From Eledone cirrhosa (taxonomy: Eukaryota): DNA of 64,000 nucleotides. The notes below the pieces were generated by a model. That model did no database searches. It was not told where the DNA came from and saw nothing but the letters and a program-made list of their open reading frames with translations. This document shows positions 12,249-27,240 of the stretch, piece after piece. Numbering within the stretch: the stretch's first letter is position 1; each line of letters begins with the position of its first letter. The stretch lies in assembly GCA_964016885.1 (NCBI GenBank), contig OZ024744.1, forward strand, positions 110,298,001-110,362,000, written 5' to 3'. Made by a program: the position numbers and the translations under genes.

Positions 12249-15200
12249 TAAAACTACACGATCCAATTTAACTTACCTTGCATTGAACACAGTAAAACTA
12301 CACAATCCACTATAACTTACCTTGCTCTGAACACAGTAAAACTACATAATCCACTATAACTTACCTTGCCCTGAACACAGTAAAACTAACACAATCCACT
12401 ATAACGTACCTTGCCCTGAACACAGTAAAACTACACAATCCACTATAAATTACGTTTCCATGAACATACTAAAACTACACAATCTTCTATAACTTACCTT
12501 GCCCTGAACACAGTAAATCTACACAATCCACTATAACTTACCTTGCCCTGAACACAGTAAAACTACACAATCCACTATAACTTACCTTGCCCTGAACACA
12601 GTAATACTACACAACCCACTATAACTTACCTTGCCCTGAACACAGTAAAACTACACAATCCACTATAACTTACCTTGCCCTGAACACAGTAAAACTACAC
12701 AATCCACTTCAAATTACCTTGCTCTGAACACATTAAAACTACACAATCCACTATAATTTACCTTGCCCTGAACATACTAAAACTACACAATCCACTATAA
12801 CTTACCTTGCCCTGAACACAGTAAAACAACACAATCCACTATAAATTACCTTGCCCTGAACACAGTAAAACTACACAATCCACTATAACTTACCTTGCCC
12901 TGAACACAGTAAAACTACACAATCCACTATAACTTACCTTGCCCTGAACACTGTAAAACTACATAATCCACTATAAATTACCTTGCCCTGAAACAGTAAA
13001 ACTACACAAACCACTATAACTTACCTTGCCCTGAACACAGTAATACTACACAACCCACTATAACTTACCTTGCCCTGAACACAGTAAAACTACACAATCC
13101 ACTATAACTTACCTTGCCCTGAACACAGTAAAACGACACAATCCACTATAACTTACCTTGCCCTGAACACAGTAAAACTACATAATCCACTATAACTTAC
13201 CTTGCCCTGAACACAGTAAAACTACACAATCCACTATAACTTACCTTGCCCTGAACACAGTAAAACAACACAATCCACTATAAATTACCTTGCCCTGAAC
13301 ACAGTAAAACTACACAATCCACTATAACTTACCTTGCCCTGAACACAGTAAAACTACACAATCCACTATAACTTACCTTGCCCTGAACACTGTAAAACTA
13401 CATAATCCACTATAAATTACCTTGCCCTGAAACAGTAAAACTACACAAACCACTATAACTTACCTTGCCCTGAACACAGTAAAACTACACAATCCACTAT
13501 AACTTACCTTGCCCTGAACACAGTAAAACTACACAATCCACTATAACTTACCTTGCCCTGAACACAGTAAAACTACACAATCCACTATAACTTACCTTGC
13601 CCTGAACACAGTAAAACTACACGATCCACTATAACTTACCTTGCCCTGAACACAGTAAAACTACACGATCCACTATAACTTACCTTGCCCTGAACACAGA
13701 AAAACTACACAATCCACTATAACTAACCTTTCTCTGAACACAGTAAAACTATACAATCTACCATAACTTACCTTGCCCTGAACACAGTAAAACTACACAA
13801 TCCACTATAACTTACCTTGACCTGAACAGAGTAAAACTACACAATCCACTATAACTTACCTTGCACTGGACACAATAAAACTACACAACCCACTATAACT
13901 TACCTTGCCCTGAACACACTAAAACTACACAATCCACTATAACTTACCTTGCACTGGACACAGTAAAACTACACAATCCACTATAACTTACCTTGACCTG
14001 AACAGAGTAAAACTACACAATCCACTATAACTTACCTTGACCTGAACAGAGTAAAACTACACAATCCACTATAACTTACCTTGACCTGAACAGAGTAAAA
14101 CTACACAATCCACTATAACTTACCTTGACCTGAACAGAGTAAAACTACACAATCCACTATAACTTACCTTGCCCTGAACACAGTAAAACTACACAATCCA
14201 CTATAACTTACCTTGACCTGAACAGAATAAATCTACACAATCCACTATAACTTAACTTGCACTGAAAACGGTAAAACTACACAACCCACTATAACTTACC
14301 TTGCCCTGAACATAGTAAAAGAACGTAATCCACTATAACTTACCTTCCTTTGAACACAGTAAAACTACACAATCCACTATAATTTACCTTGCCCTGAACA
14401 CAGTAAAACTACAAGATCCACTATAACTTACCTTGCTCTGAACACAGTAAAACTACATAATCCAGTATAACTTACCTTGCCCTGAACACAGTAAAACTAA
14501 CACAATCCACTATAACTTACCTTGCCCTGAAGACAGTAAAACTACACAATCCACTATAACTTACCTTGCCCTGAACACAGTAAAACTACACAATCCACTA
14601 TAAATTACGTTGCCCTGAACATACAAAAACTACACAATCTTCTATAACTTACCTTGCCCTGAACACAGTAAAACTACACAATCCACTATAACTTTCCTTG
14701 CCCTGAACACAGTAAAACTACACAACCCACTATAACATACCTTGCCCTGAACACAGTAAAACTACACAATCCACTGTAACTTACCTTGCCCTGAACACAG
14801 TAAAACTGCATAATCCACTATAACTTACCTTGCCCTGAACACAGTAAAACTACACAATCCACTATAACTTACCTTGTCCTGAACACAGTAAAACTACACA
14901 ATCCACTATAAATTACCTTGCCCTGAACACAGTAAAACTACACAATCCACTATAACTTACCTTGCCCTGAACACAGTAAAACTACACAATCCACTATAAC
15001 TTACCTTGCCCTGAACACTGTAAAACTACATAATCCACTATAACTTACCTTGCCCTGAAACAGTAAAACTACACAAACCACTATAACTTACCTTGCCCTG
15101 AACACAGTAAAACTACACTATCCACTATAACTTACCTTGCCTTGAACACAGTAAAACTACACGATCCACTATAACTTACCTTGCCCTGAACACACTAAAA

Positions 15201-15649
15201 CTACACAATCCACTATAACTAACCTTGCTCTGAACACAGTAAAACTACACAATCCACTATAACTTACCTTGCCCTGAACACAGTAAAACTACACAATCCA
15301 CTATAACTAACCTTGCTCTGAACACAGTAAAACTATACAATCCACCATAACTTACCTTGCCCTGAACACAGTAAAACTACACAATCCACTATAACTTACC
15401 TTGACCTGAACAGAGTAAAACTACACAATCCTCTATAACTTACCTTGCCCTGAACACACTAAAACTACACAATCCACTATAACTTACCTTGCACTGAAAA
15501 CAGTAAAACTACACAACGCACTATAACTTATCTTGCTCTGAACACAGTAAAACTACACAATCCACTATAACTTACCTTGCCCTGAACATAGTAAAAGAAC
15601 GTAATCCACTGTAACTTACCTTCCTTTGAACACAGTAAAACTACACAAT

Positions 15650-18600
15650 CCACTATAACTTACCTTGCCCTGAACACAGTAAAACTACAAGATCCACTAT
15701 AACTTACCTTGCTCTGAACACAGTAAAACTACATAATCCACTATAACTTACCTTGCCCTGAACACAGTAAAACTAACACAATCCACTATAACTTACCTTG
15801 CCCTGAACACAGTAAAACTACACGATCCACTATAACTTACCTTGCCCTGAACACAGTAAAACTACACAATCCACTATAACTAACCTTGCTCTGAACACAG
15901 TAAAACTATACAATCTACCATAACTTACCTTGCCCTGAACACAGTAAAACTACACAATCCACTATAACTTACCTTGACCTGAACAGAGTAAAACTACACA
16001 ATCCACTATAACTTACCTTGCACTGGACACAATAAAACTACACAACCCACTATAACTTACCTTGCCCTGAACACACTAATACTACACAATCCACTATAAC
16101 TTACCTTGCACTGGACACAGTAAAACTACACAATCCACTATAACTTACCTTGACCTGAACAGAGTAAAACTACACAATCCACTATAACTTACCTTGACCT
16201 GAACAGATTAAAACTACACAATCCACTATAACTTACCTTGACCTGAACAGAGTAAAACTACACAATCCACTATAACTTACCTTGACCTGAACAGAGTAAA
16301 ACTACACAATCCACTATAACTTACCTTGCCCTGAACACAGTAAAACTACACAATCCACTATAACTTACCTTGACCTGAACAGAGTAAAACTACACAATCC
16401 ACTATAACTTACCTTGCACTGAAAACGGTAAAACTACACAACCCACTATAACTTACCTTGCCCTGAACATAGTAAAAGAACGTAATCCACTATAACTTAC
16501 CTTCCTTTGAACACAGTAAAACTACACAATCCACTATAATTTACCTTGCCCTGAACACAGTAAAACTACAAGATCCACTATAACTTACCTTGCTCTGAAC
16601 ACAGTAAAACTACATAATCCGCTATAACTTACCTTGCCCTGAACACAGTAAAACTAACACAATCCACTATAACTTACCTTGCCCTGAACACAGTAAAACT
16701 ACACAATCCACTATAACTTACCTTGCCCTGAACACAGTAAAACTACACAATCCACTATAAATTACGTTGCCCTGAACATACTAAAACTACACAATCTTCT
16801 ATAACTTACCTTGCCCTGAACACAGTAAAACTACACAATCCACTATAACTTTCCTTGCCCTGAACACAGTAAAACTACACAACCCACTATAACATACCTT
16901 GCCCTGAACACAGTAAAACTACACAATCCAATGTAACTTACCTTGCCCTGAACACAGTAAAACTGCATAATCCACTATAACTTACCTTGCCCTGAACACA
17001 GTAAAACTACACAATCCACTATAACTTACCTTGCCCTGAACACAGTAAAACTACACAATCCACTATAAATTACCTTGCCCTGAACACAGTAAAACTACAC
17101 AATCCACTATAACTTACCTTGCCCTGAACACAGTAAAACTACACAATCCACTATAACTTACCTTGCCCTGAACACTGTAAAACTACATAATCCACTATAA
17201 CTTACCTTGCCCTGAAACAGTAAAACTACACAAACCACTATAACTTACCTTGCCCTGAACACAGTAAAACTACACGATCCACTATAACTTACCTTGCCCT
17301 GAACACAGTAAAACTACACGATCCACTATAACTTACCTTGCCCTGAACACAGTAAAACTACACAATCCACTATAACTAACCTTGCTCTGAACACAGTAAA
17401 ACTATACAATCTACCATAACTTACCTTGCCCTGAACACAGTAAAACTACACAATCCACTATAACTTACCTTGACCTGAACAGAGTAAAACTACGCAATCC
17501 ACTATAACTTACCTTGCCCTGAACACAGTAAAACTACACAATCCACTATAACTTACCTTGCCCTGAACACAGTAAAACTACACAATCCACTATAACTTAC
17601 CTTGCCCTGAACACTGTAAAACTACATAATCCACTATAACTTACCTTGCCCTGAAACAGTAAAACTACGCAAACCACTATAACTTACCTTGCCCTGAACA
17701 CAGTAAAACTACACAATCCACTATAACTTACCTTGCCCTGAACACAGTAAAACTACACAATCCACTATAACTTACCTTGCCCTGAACACAGTAAAACTAC
17801 ACAATCCACTATAACTTACCTTGCCCTGAACACAGTAAAACTACACGATCCACTATAACTTACCTTGCCCTGAACACAGTAAAACTACACGATCCACTAT
17901 AACTTACCTTGCCCTGAACACAGTAAAACTACACAATCCACTATAACTAACCTTGCTCTGAAGACAGTAAAACTATACAATCTACCATAACTTACCTTGC
18001 CTTGAACACAGTAAAACTACACAATCCACTATAACTTACCTTGACCTGAACAGAGTAAAACTACGCAATCCACTAAAACTTACCTTGCACTGGACACAAT
18101 AAAACTACACAACCCACTATAACTTACCTTGCCCTGAACACACTAAAACTACACAATCCACTATAACTTACCTTGCACTGGACACAGTAAAACTACACAA
18201 TCCACTATAACTTACCTTGACCTGAACAGAGTAAAACTACACAATCCACTATAACTTACCTTGACCTGAACAGAGTAAAACTACACAATCCACTATAACT
18301 TACCTTGCCCTGAACAGAGTAAAACTACACAATCCACTATAACTTACCTTGACCTGAACAGAGTAAAACTACACAATCCACTATAACTTACCTTGACCTG
18401 AACAGAGTAAAACTACACAATCCACTATAACTTACCTTGACCTGAACAGAGTAAAACTACACAATCCACTATAACTTACCTTGCCCTGAACACAGTAAAA
18501 CTACACAATCCACTATAAATTACGTTGCCCTGAACATACTAATACTACACAATCTTCTATAACTTACCTTGCCCTGAACACAGTAAAACTACACAATCCA

Positions 18601-21600
18601 CTATAACTTTCCTTGCCCTGAACACAGTAAAACTACACAACCCACTATAACATACCTTGCCCTGAACACACTAAAACTACACAATCCACTGTAACTTACC
18701 TTGCCCTGAACACAGTAAAACTGCATAATCCACTATAACTTACCATGCCCTGAACACAGTAAAACTACACAATCCACTATAACTTACCTTGCCCTGAACA
18801 CAGTAAAACTACACAATCCACTATAAATTACCTTGCCCTGAACACAGTAAAACTACACAATCCACTATAACTTACCTTGCCCTGAACACAGTAAAACTAC
18901 ACAATCCACTATAACTTACCTTGCCCTGAACACTGTAAAACTACATAAGCCACTATAACTTACCTTGCCCTGAAACAGTAAAACTACACAAACCACTATA
19001 ACTTACCTTGCCCTGAACACAGTAAAACTACACGATCCACTATAACTTACCTTGCCTTGAACACAGTAAAACTACACGATCCACTATAACTTACCTTGCC
19101 CTGAACACAGTAAAACTACACAATCCACTATAACTAACCTTGCTCTGAACACAGTAAAACTACACAATCCACTATAACTTACCTTGCCCTGAACACAGAA
19201 AAACTACACAATCCACTATAACTAACCTTGCTCTGAACACAGTAAAACTATACAATCCACCATAACTTACCTTGCCCTGAACACAGTAAAACTACACAAT
19301 CCACTATAACTTACCTTGACCTGAACAGACTAAAACTACACAATCCTCTATAACTTACCTTGCCCTGAACACACTAAAACTACACAATCCACTATAACTT
19401 ACCTTGCACTGAAAACAGTAAAACTACACAACCCACTATAACTTACCTTGCTCTGAGCACAGTAAAACTACACAATCCACTATAACTTACCTTGCCCTGA
19501 ACATAGTAAAAGAACGTAATCCACTATAACTTACCTTCCTTTGAACACAGTAAAACTACACAATCCACTATAATTTACCTTGCCCTGAACACAGTAAAAC
19601 TACAAGATCCACTATAACTTACCTTGCTCTGAACACAGTAAAACTACATAATCCACTATAACTTACCTTGCCCTGAACACAGTAAAACTAACACAATCCA
19701 CTATAACTTACCTTGCCCTGAACACAGTAAAACTACACAATCCACTATAAATTACGTTGCCCTGAACATACTAAAACTACACAATCTTCTATAACTTACC
19801 TTGCCCTGAACACAGTAAAACTGCATAATCCACTATAAATTACCTTGCCCTGAACACAGTAAAACTACACAATCCACTATAACTTACCTTGCCCTGAACA
19901 CAGTAAAACTACACAATCCACTATAACTTACCTTGCCCTGAACACTGTAAAACTACATAATCCACTATAACTTACCTTGCCCTGAAACAGTAAAAGTACA
20001 CAAACCACTATAACTTACCTTGCCCTGAACACAGTAAAACTACACATTCCACTATAACTTACCTTGCCCTGAACACAGTAAAACTACACAATCCACTATA
20101 ACTAACCTTGCTCTGAACACAGTAAAACTATACAATCCACCATAACTTACCTTGCCCTGAACACAGTAAAACTACACAATCCACTATAACTTACCTTGAC
20201 CTGAACACAGTAAAACTACACAATCCTCTATAACTTACCTTGCCCTGAACACACTAAAACTACACAATCCACTATAACTTACCTTGCACTGAAAACAGTA
20301 AAACTACACAACCCACTATAACTTATCTTGCTCTGAACACAGTAAAACTACACAATCCACTATAACTTACCTTGCCCTGAACATAGTAAAAGAACGTAAT
20401 CCACTATAACTTACCTTCCTTTGAACACAGTAAAACTACACAATCCACTATAACTTACTTTGCTCTGAACACAGTAAAACTACACAATCCACCTTAACTT
20501 ACCTTGCTCTGAACACAGTAAAACTACACAATCCACTTCAACTTACCTTGCTCTGAACACAGTAAAACTACACAATCCACTATAACTTACCTTGCCCTGA
20601 ACACAGTAAAACTACAAGATCCACTATAACTTACCTTGCTCTGAACACAGTAAAACTACATAATCCACTATAACTTACCTTGCCCTGAACACAGTAAAAC
20701 TAACACAATCCACTATAACTTACCTTGCCCTGAACACAGTAAAACTACACGATCCACTATAACTTACCTTGCCCTGAACACAGTAAAACTACACAATCCA
20801 CTATAACTAACCTTGCTCTGAACACAGTAAAACTATACAATCTACCATAACTTACCTTGCCCTGAACACAGTAAAACTACACAATCCACTATAACTTACC
20901 TTGACCTGAACAGAGTAAAACTACACAATCCACTATAACTTACCTTGCACTGGACACAATAAAACTACACAACCCACTATAACTTACCTTGCCCTGAACA
21001 CACTAATACTACACAATCCACTATAACTTACCTTGCACTGGACACAGTAAAACTACACAATCCACTATAACTTACCTTGACCTGAACAGAGTAAAACTAC
21101 ACAATCCACTATAACTTACCTTGACCTGAACAGATTAAAACTACACAATCCACTATAACTTACCTTGACCTGAACAGAGTAAAACTACACAATCCACTAT
21201 AACTTACCTTGACCTGAACAGAGTAAAACTACACAATCCACTATAACTTACCTTGCCCTGAACACAGTAAAACTACACAATCCACTATAACTTACCTTGA
21301 CCTGAACAGAGTAAAACTACACAATCCACTATAACTTACCTTGCACTGAAAACGGTAAAACTACACAACCCACTATAACTTACCTTGCCCTGAACATAGT
21401 AAAAGAACGTAATCCACTATAACTTACCTTCCTTTGAACACAGTAAAACTACACAATCCACTATAATTTACCTTGCCCTGAACACAGTAAAACTACAAGA
21501 TCCACTATAACTTACCTTGCTCTGAACACAGTAAAACTACATAATCCACTATAGCTTACCTTGCCCTGAACACAGTAAAACTACATAATCCGCTATAACT

Positions 21601-24600
21601 TACCTTGCCCTGAACACAGTAAAACTAACACAATCCACTATAACTTACCTTGCCCTGAACACAGTAAAACTACACAATCCACTATAACTTACCTTGCCCT
21701 GAACACAGTAAAACTACACAATCCACTATAAATTACGTTGCCCTGAACATACTAAAACTACACAATCTTCTATAACTTACCTTGCCCTGAACACAGTAAA
21801 ACTACACAATCCACTATAACTTTCCTTGCCCTGAACACAGTAAAACTACACAATCCACTGTAACTTACCTTGCCCCGAACACAGTAAAACTGCATAATCC
21901 ACTATAAGTTACCTTGCCCTGAACACAGTAAAACTACACAATCCACTATAACTTACCTTGCCCTGAACACAGTAAAACTACACAATCCACTATAAATTAC
22001 CTTGCCCTGAACACAGTAAAACTACACAATCCACTATAACTTACCTTGCCCTGAACACAGTAAAACTACACAATCCACTATAACTTACCTTGCCCTGAAC
22101 ACTGTAAAACTACATAATCCACTATAACTTACCTTGCCCTGAAACAGTAAAACTACACAAACCACTATAACTTACCTTGCCCTGAACACAGTAAAACTAC
22201 ACGATCCACTATAACTTACCTTGCCCTGAACACAGTAAAACTACACGATCCACTATAACTTACCTTGCCCTGAACACAGTAAAACTACACAATCCACTAT
22301 AACTAACCTTGCTCTGAACACAGTAAAACTATACAATCTACCATAACTTACCTTGCCCTGAACACAGTAAAACTACACAATCCACTATAACTTACCTTGA
22401 CCTGAACAGAGTAAAACTACGCAATCCACTATAACTTACCTTGCCCTGAACACAGTAAAACTGCACAATCCACTATAACTTACCTTGCCCTGAACACAGT
22501 AAAACTACACAATCCACTATAACTTACCTTGCCCTGAACACTGTAAAACTACATAATCCACTATAACTTACCTTGCCCTGAAACAGTAAAACTACGCAAA
22601 CCACTATAACTTACCTTGCCCTGAACACAGTAAAACTACACAATCCACTATAACTTACCTTGCCCTGAACACAGTAAAACTACACAATCCACTATAACTT
22701 ACCTTGCCCTGAACACAGTAAAACTACACAATCCACTATAACTTACCTTGCCCTGAACACAGTAAAACTACACGATCCACTATAACTTACCTTGCCCTGA
22801 ACACAGTAAAACTACACGATCCACTATAACTTACCTTGCCCTGAACACAGTAAAACTACACAATCCACTATAACTAACCTTGCTCTGAACACAGTAAAAC
22901 TATACAATCTACCATAACTTACCTTGCCCTGAACACAGTAAAACTACACAATCCACTATAACTTACCTTGACCTGAACAGAGTAAAACTACGCAATCCAC
23001 TAAAACTTACCTTGCACTGGACACAATAAAACTACACAACCCACTATAACTTACCTTGCCCTGAACACACTAAAACTACACAATCCACTATAACTTACCT
23101 TGCACTGGACACAGTAAAACTACACAATCCACTATAACTTACCTTGACCTGAACAGAGTAAAACTACACAATCCACTATAACTTACCTTGACCTGAACAG
23201 AGTAAAACTACACAATCCACTATAACTTACCTTGCCCTGAACAGAGTAAAACTACACAATCCACTATAACTTACCTTGACCTGAACAGAGTAAAACTACA
23301 CAATCCACTATAACTTACCTTGACCTGAACAGAGTAAAACTACACAATCCACTATAACTTACCTTGACCTGAACAGAGTAAAACTACACAATCCACTATA
23401 ACTTACCTTGCCCTGAACACAGTAAAACTACACAATCCACTATAAATTACGTTGCCCTGAACATACTAATACTACACAATCTTCTATAACTTACCTTGCC
23501 CTGAACGCAGTAAAACTACACAATCCACTATAACTTTCCTTGCCCTGAACACAGTAAAACTACACAACCCACTATAACATACCTTGCCCTGAACACAGTA
23601 AAACTACACAATCCACTGTAACTTACCTTGCCCTGAACACAGTAAAACTGCATAATCCACTATAACTTACCATGCCCTGAACACAGTAAAACTACACAAT
23701 CCACTATAACTTACCTTGCCCTGAACACAGTAAAACTACACAATCCACTATAACTTACCTTGCCCTGAACACAGTAAAACTACACAATCCACTATAACTT
23801 ACCTTGCCCTGAACACAGTAAAACTACACAATCCACTATAACTAACCTTGCTCTGAACACAGTAAAACTACACAATCCACTATAACTTACCTTGCCCTGA
23901 ACACAGAAAAACTACACAATCCACTATAACTAACCTTGCTCTGAACACAGTAAAACTATACAATCCACCATAACTTACCTTGCCCTGAACACAGTAAAAC
24001 TACACAATCCACTATAACTTACCTTGACCTGAACAGAGTAAAACTACACAATCCTCTATAACTTACCTTGCCCTGAACACACTAAAACTACACAATCCAC
24101 TATAACTTACCTTGCACTGAAAACAGTAAAACTACACAACCCACTATAACTTACCTTGCTCTGAGCACAGTAAAACTACACAATCCACTATAACTTACCT
24201 TGCCCTGAACATAGTAAAAGAACGTAATCCACTATAACTTACCTTCCTTTGAACACAGTAAAACTACACAATCCACTATAATTTACCTTGCCCTGAACAC
24301 AGTAAAACTACAAGATCCACTATAACTTACCTTGCTCTGAACACAGTAAAACTACATAATCCACTATAACTTACCTTGCCCTGAACACAGTAAAACTAAC
24401 ACAATCCACTATAACTTACCTTGCCCTGAACACAGTAAAACTACACAATCCACTATAAATTACGTTGCCCTGAACATACTAAAACTACACAATCTTCTAT
24501 AACTTACCTTGCCCTGAACACAGTAAAACTGCATAATCCACTATAACTTACCTTGCCCTGAACACAGTAAAACTACACAATCCACTATAACTTACCTTGC

Positions 24601-24780
24601 CCTGAACACAGTAAAACTACACAATCCACTATAACTTACCTTGCCCTGAACACTGTAAAACTACATAATCCACTATAACTTACCTTGCCCTGAAACAGTA
24701 AAAGTACACAAACCACTATAACTTACCTTGCCCTGAACACAGTAAAACTACACGTTCCACTATAACTTACCTTGCCCTGA
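15650..24780. repeat. Tandem duplication with ~4.9 kb period
   Basis: Offset 4927 for CACTAATACT 16074/21001, CTACGCAATCCACTAAAACT 18061/22988 and TACCATGCCC 18741/23668. The later offset is 4708 for CTCTGAGCAC 19451/24159. Confidence 0.85.
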
Positions 24781-27240
24781 ACACAGTAAAACTACACGAT
24801 CCACTATAAATTACCTTGCCCTGAACACAGTAAAACTACACAATCCACTATAACTAACCTTGACCTGAACACAGTAAAACTACACAATCCACTATAACTT
24901 ACCTTGTCCTGAACACACTAAAACTACACAATCCTCTATAACTTAACTGGCCCTGAACACAGTAAAACTACACAATCCACTATAACTTAGCTTGCACTGA
25001 ACACAGTAAAACTACACAATCCACTATAACTTACCTTGCCCTGAACACAGTAAAACTACACAATCCACTTCAACTTACCTTGCTCTGAACACAGTAAAAC
25101 TACACAATCCACTATAACTTACCTTGCCCTGAACACAGTAAAATTACACAATCCACTATAACTAACCTTGCCCTGAACACAGTAAAACTACACAATCCAC
25201 TATAACTTACTTTGCTCTGAACACAGTAAAACTACACAATCCACCTTAACTTACCTTGCTCTGAACACAGTAAAACTACACAATCCACTTCAACTTACCT
25301 TGCTCTGAACACAGTAAAACTACACAATCCACTATAACTTACCTTGCCCTGAACACAGTAAAATTACACAATCCACTATAACTTACCTTGCCCTGAACAC
25401 AGTAAAACTACATAATCCACTATAACTTAACATGCTCTGAACACAGTAAAACTACACAACCCACTATAACTTACCTTGCATTGAACACAGTAAAACTACA
25501 CAATCCACTATAACTTACCTTGCTCTGAACACAGTAAAACTACATAATCCACTATAACTTACCTTGCCCTGAACACAGTAAAACTAACACAATCCACTAT
25601 AACTTACCTTGCCCTGAACACAGTAAAACTACACCATCCACTATAAATTACGTTGCCATGAACATGCTAAAACTACACCATCTTCTATAACTTACCTTGC
25701 CCTGAACACAGTAAAACCACACAATCCACTATAACTAACCTTGCCCTGAACACAGTAAAACTACACAATCCACTATAACTTACCTTGCCCTGAACACAGT
25801 AAAACTACACGATCCACTATAACTTACCTTGCCCTGAACACAGTAAAACTACACAATCCACTATAACTAACCTTGCTCGGAACACAGTAAAACTATACAA
25901 TCCACCATAACTTACCTTGCCCTGAACACAGTAAATCTACACAATCCACTATAACTTACCTTGACCTGAACAGAGTAAAACTACACAATCCACTATAACT
26001 TACCTTGCCCTGAACACACTAAAACTACACAATCCACTATAATTTACCTTGCCCTGAACACAGTAAAACTACAAGATCCACTATAACTTACCTTGCTCTG
26101 AACACAGTAAAACTACATAATCCACTATAACTTACCTTGCCCTGAACACAGTAAAACTAACACAATCCACTATAACTTACCTTGCCCTGAACACAGTAAA
26201 ACTACACAATCCACTATAAATTACGTTGCCCTGAACATACTAAAACTACACAATCTTCTATAACTTACCTTGCCCTGAACACAGTAAAACTGCATAATCC
26301 ACTATAGATTACCTTGCCCTGAACACAGTAAAACTACACAATCCACTATAACTTACCTTGCCCTGAACACAGTAAAACTACACAATCCACTATAACTTAC
26401 CTTGTCCTGAACACTGTAAAACTACATAATCCACTATAACTTACCTTGCCCTGAAACAGTAAAAGTACACAAACCACTATAACTTACCTTGCCCTGAACA
26501 CAGTAAAACTACACATTCCACTATAACTTACCTTGCCCTGAACACAGTAAAACTACACGATCCACTATAAATTACCTTGCCCTGAACACAGTAAAACTAC
26601 ACAATCCACTATAACTAACCTTGACCTGAACACAGTAAAACTACACAATCCACTATAACTTACCTTGTCCTGAACACACTAAAACTACACAATCCTCTAT
26701 AACTTAACTGGCCCTGAACACAGTAAAACTACACAATCCACTATAACTTAGCTTGCACTGAACACAGTAAAACTACACAATCCACTATAACTTACCTTGC
26801 CCTGAACACAGTAAAACTACACAATCCACTTCAACTTACCTTGCTCTGAACACAGTAAAACTACACAATCCACTATAACTTACCTTGCCCTGAACACAGT
26901 AAAATTACACAATCCACTATAACTAACCTTGCCCTGAACACAGTAAAACTACACAATCCACTATAACTTACTTTGCTCTGAACACAGTAAAACTACACAA
27001 TCCACCTTAACTTACCTTGCTCTGAACACAGTAAAACTACACAATCCACTTCAACTTACCTTGCTCTGAACACAGTAAAACTACACAATCCACTATAACT
27101 TACCTTGCCCTGAACACAGTAAAATTACACAATCCACTATAACTTACCTTGCCCTGAACACAGTAAAACTACATAATCCACTATAACTTAACATGCTCTG
27201 AACACAGTAAAACTACACAACCCACTATAACTTACCTTGC
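24250..27240. repeat. Duplication with 1761-bp (40-monomer) period
   Basis: AAAGTACACAAACC at 24701/26462 and ACTTAACTGG at 24941/26702. Confidence 0.8.
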
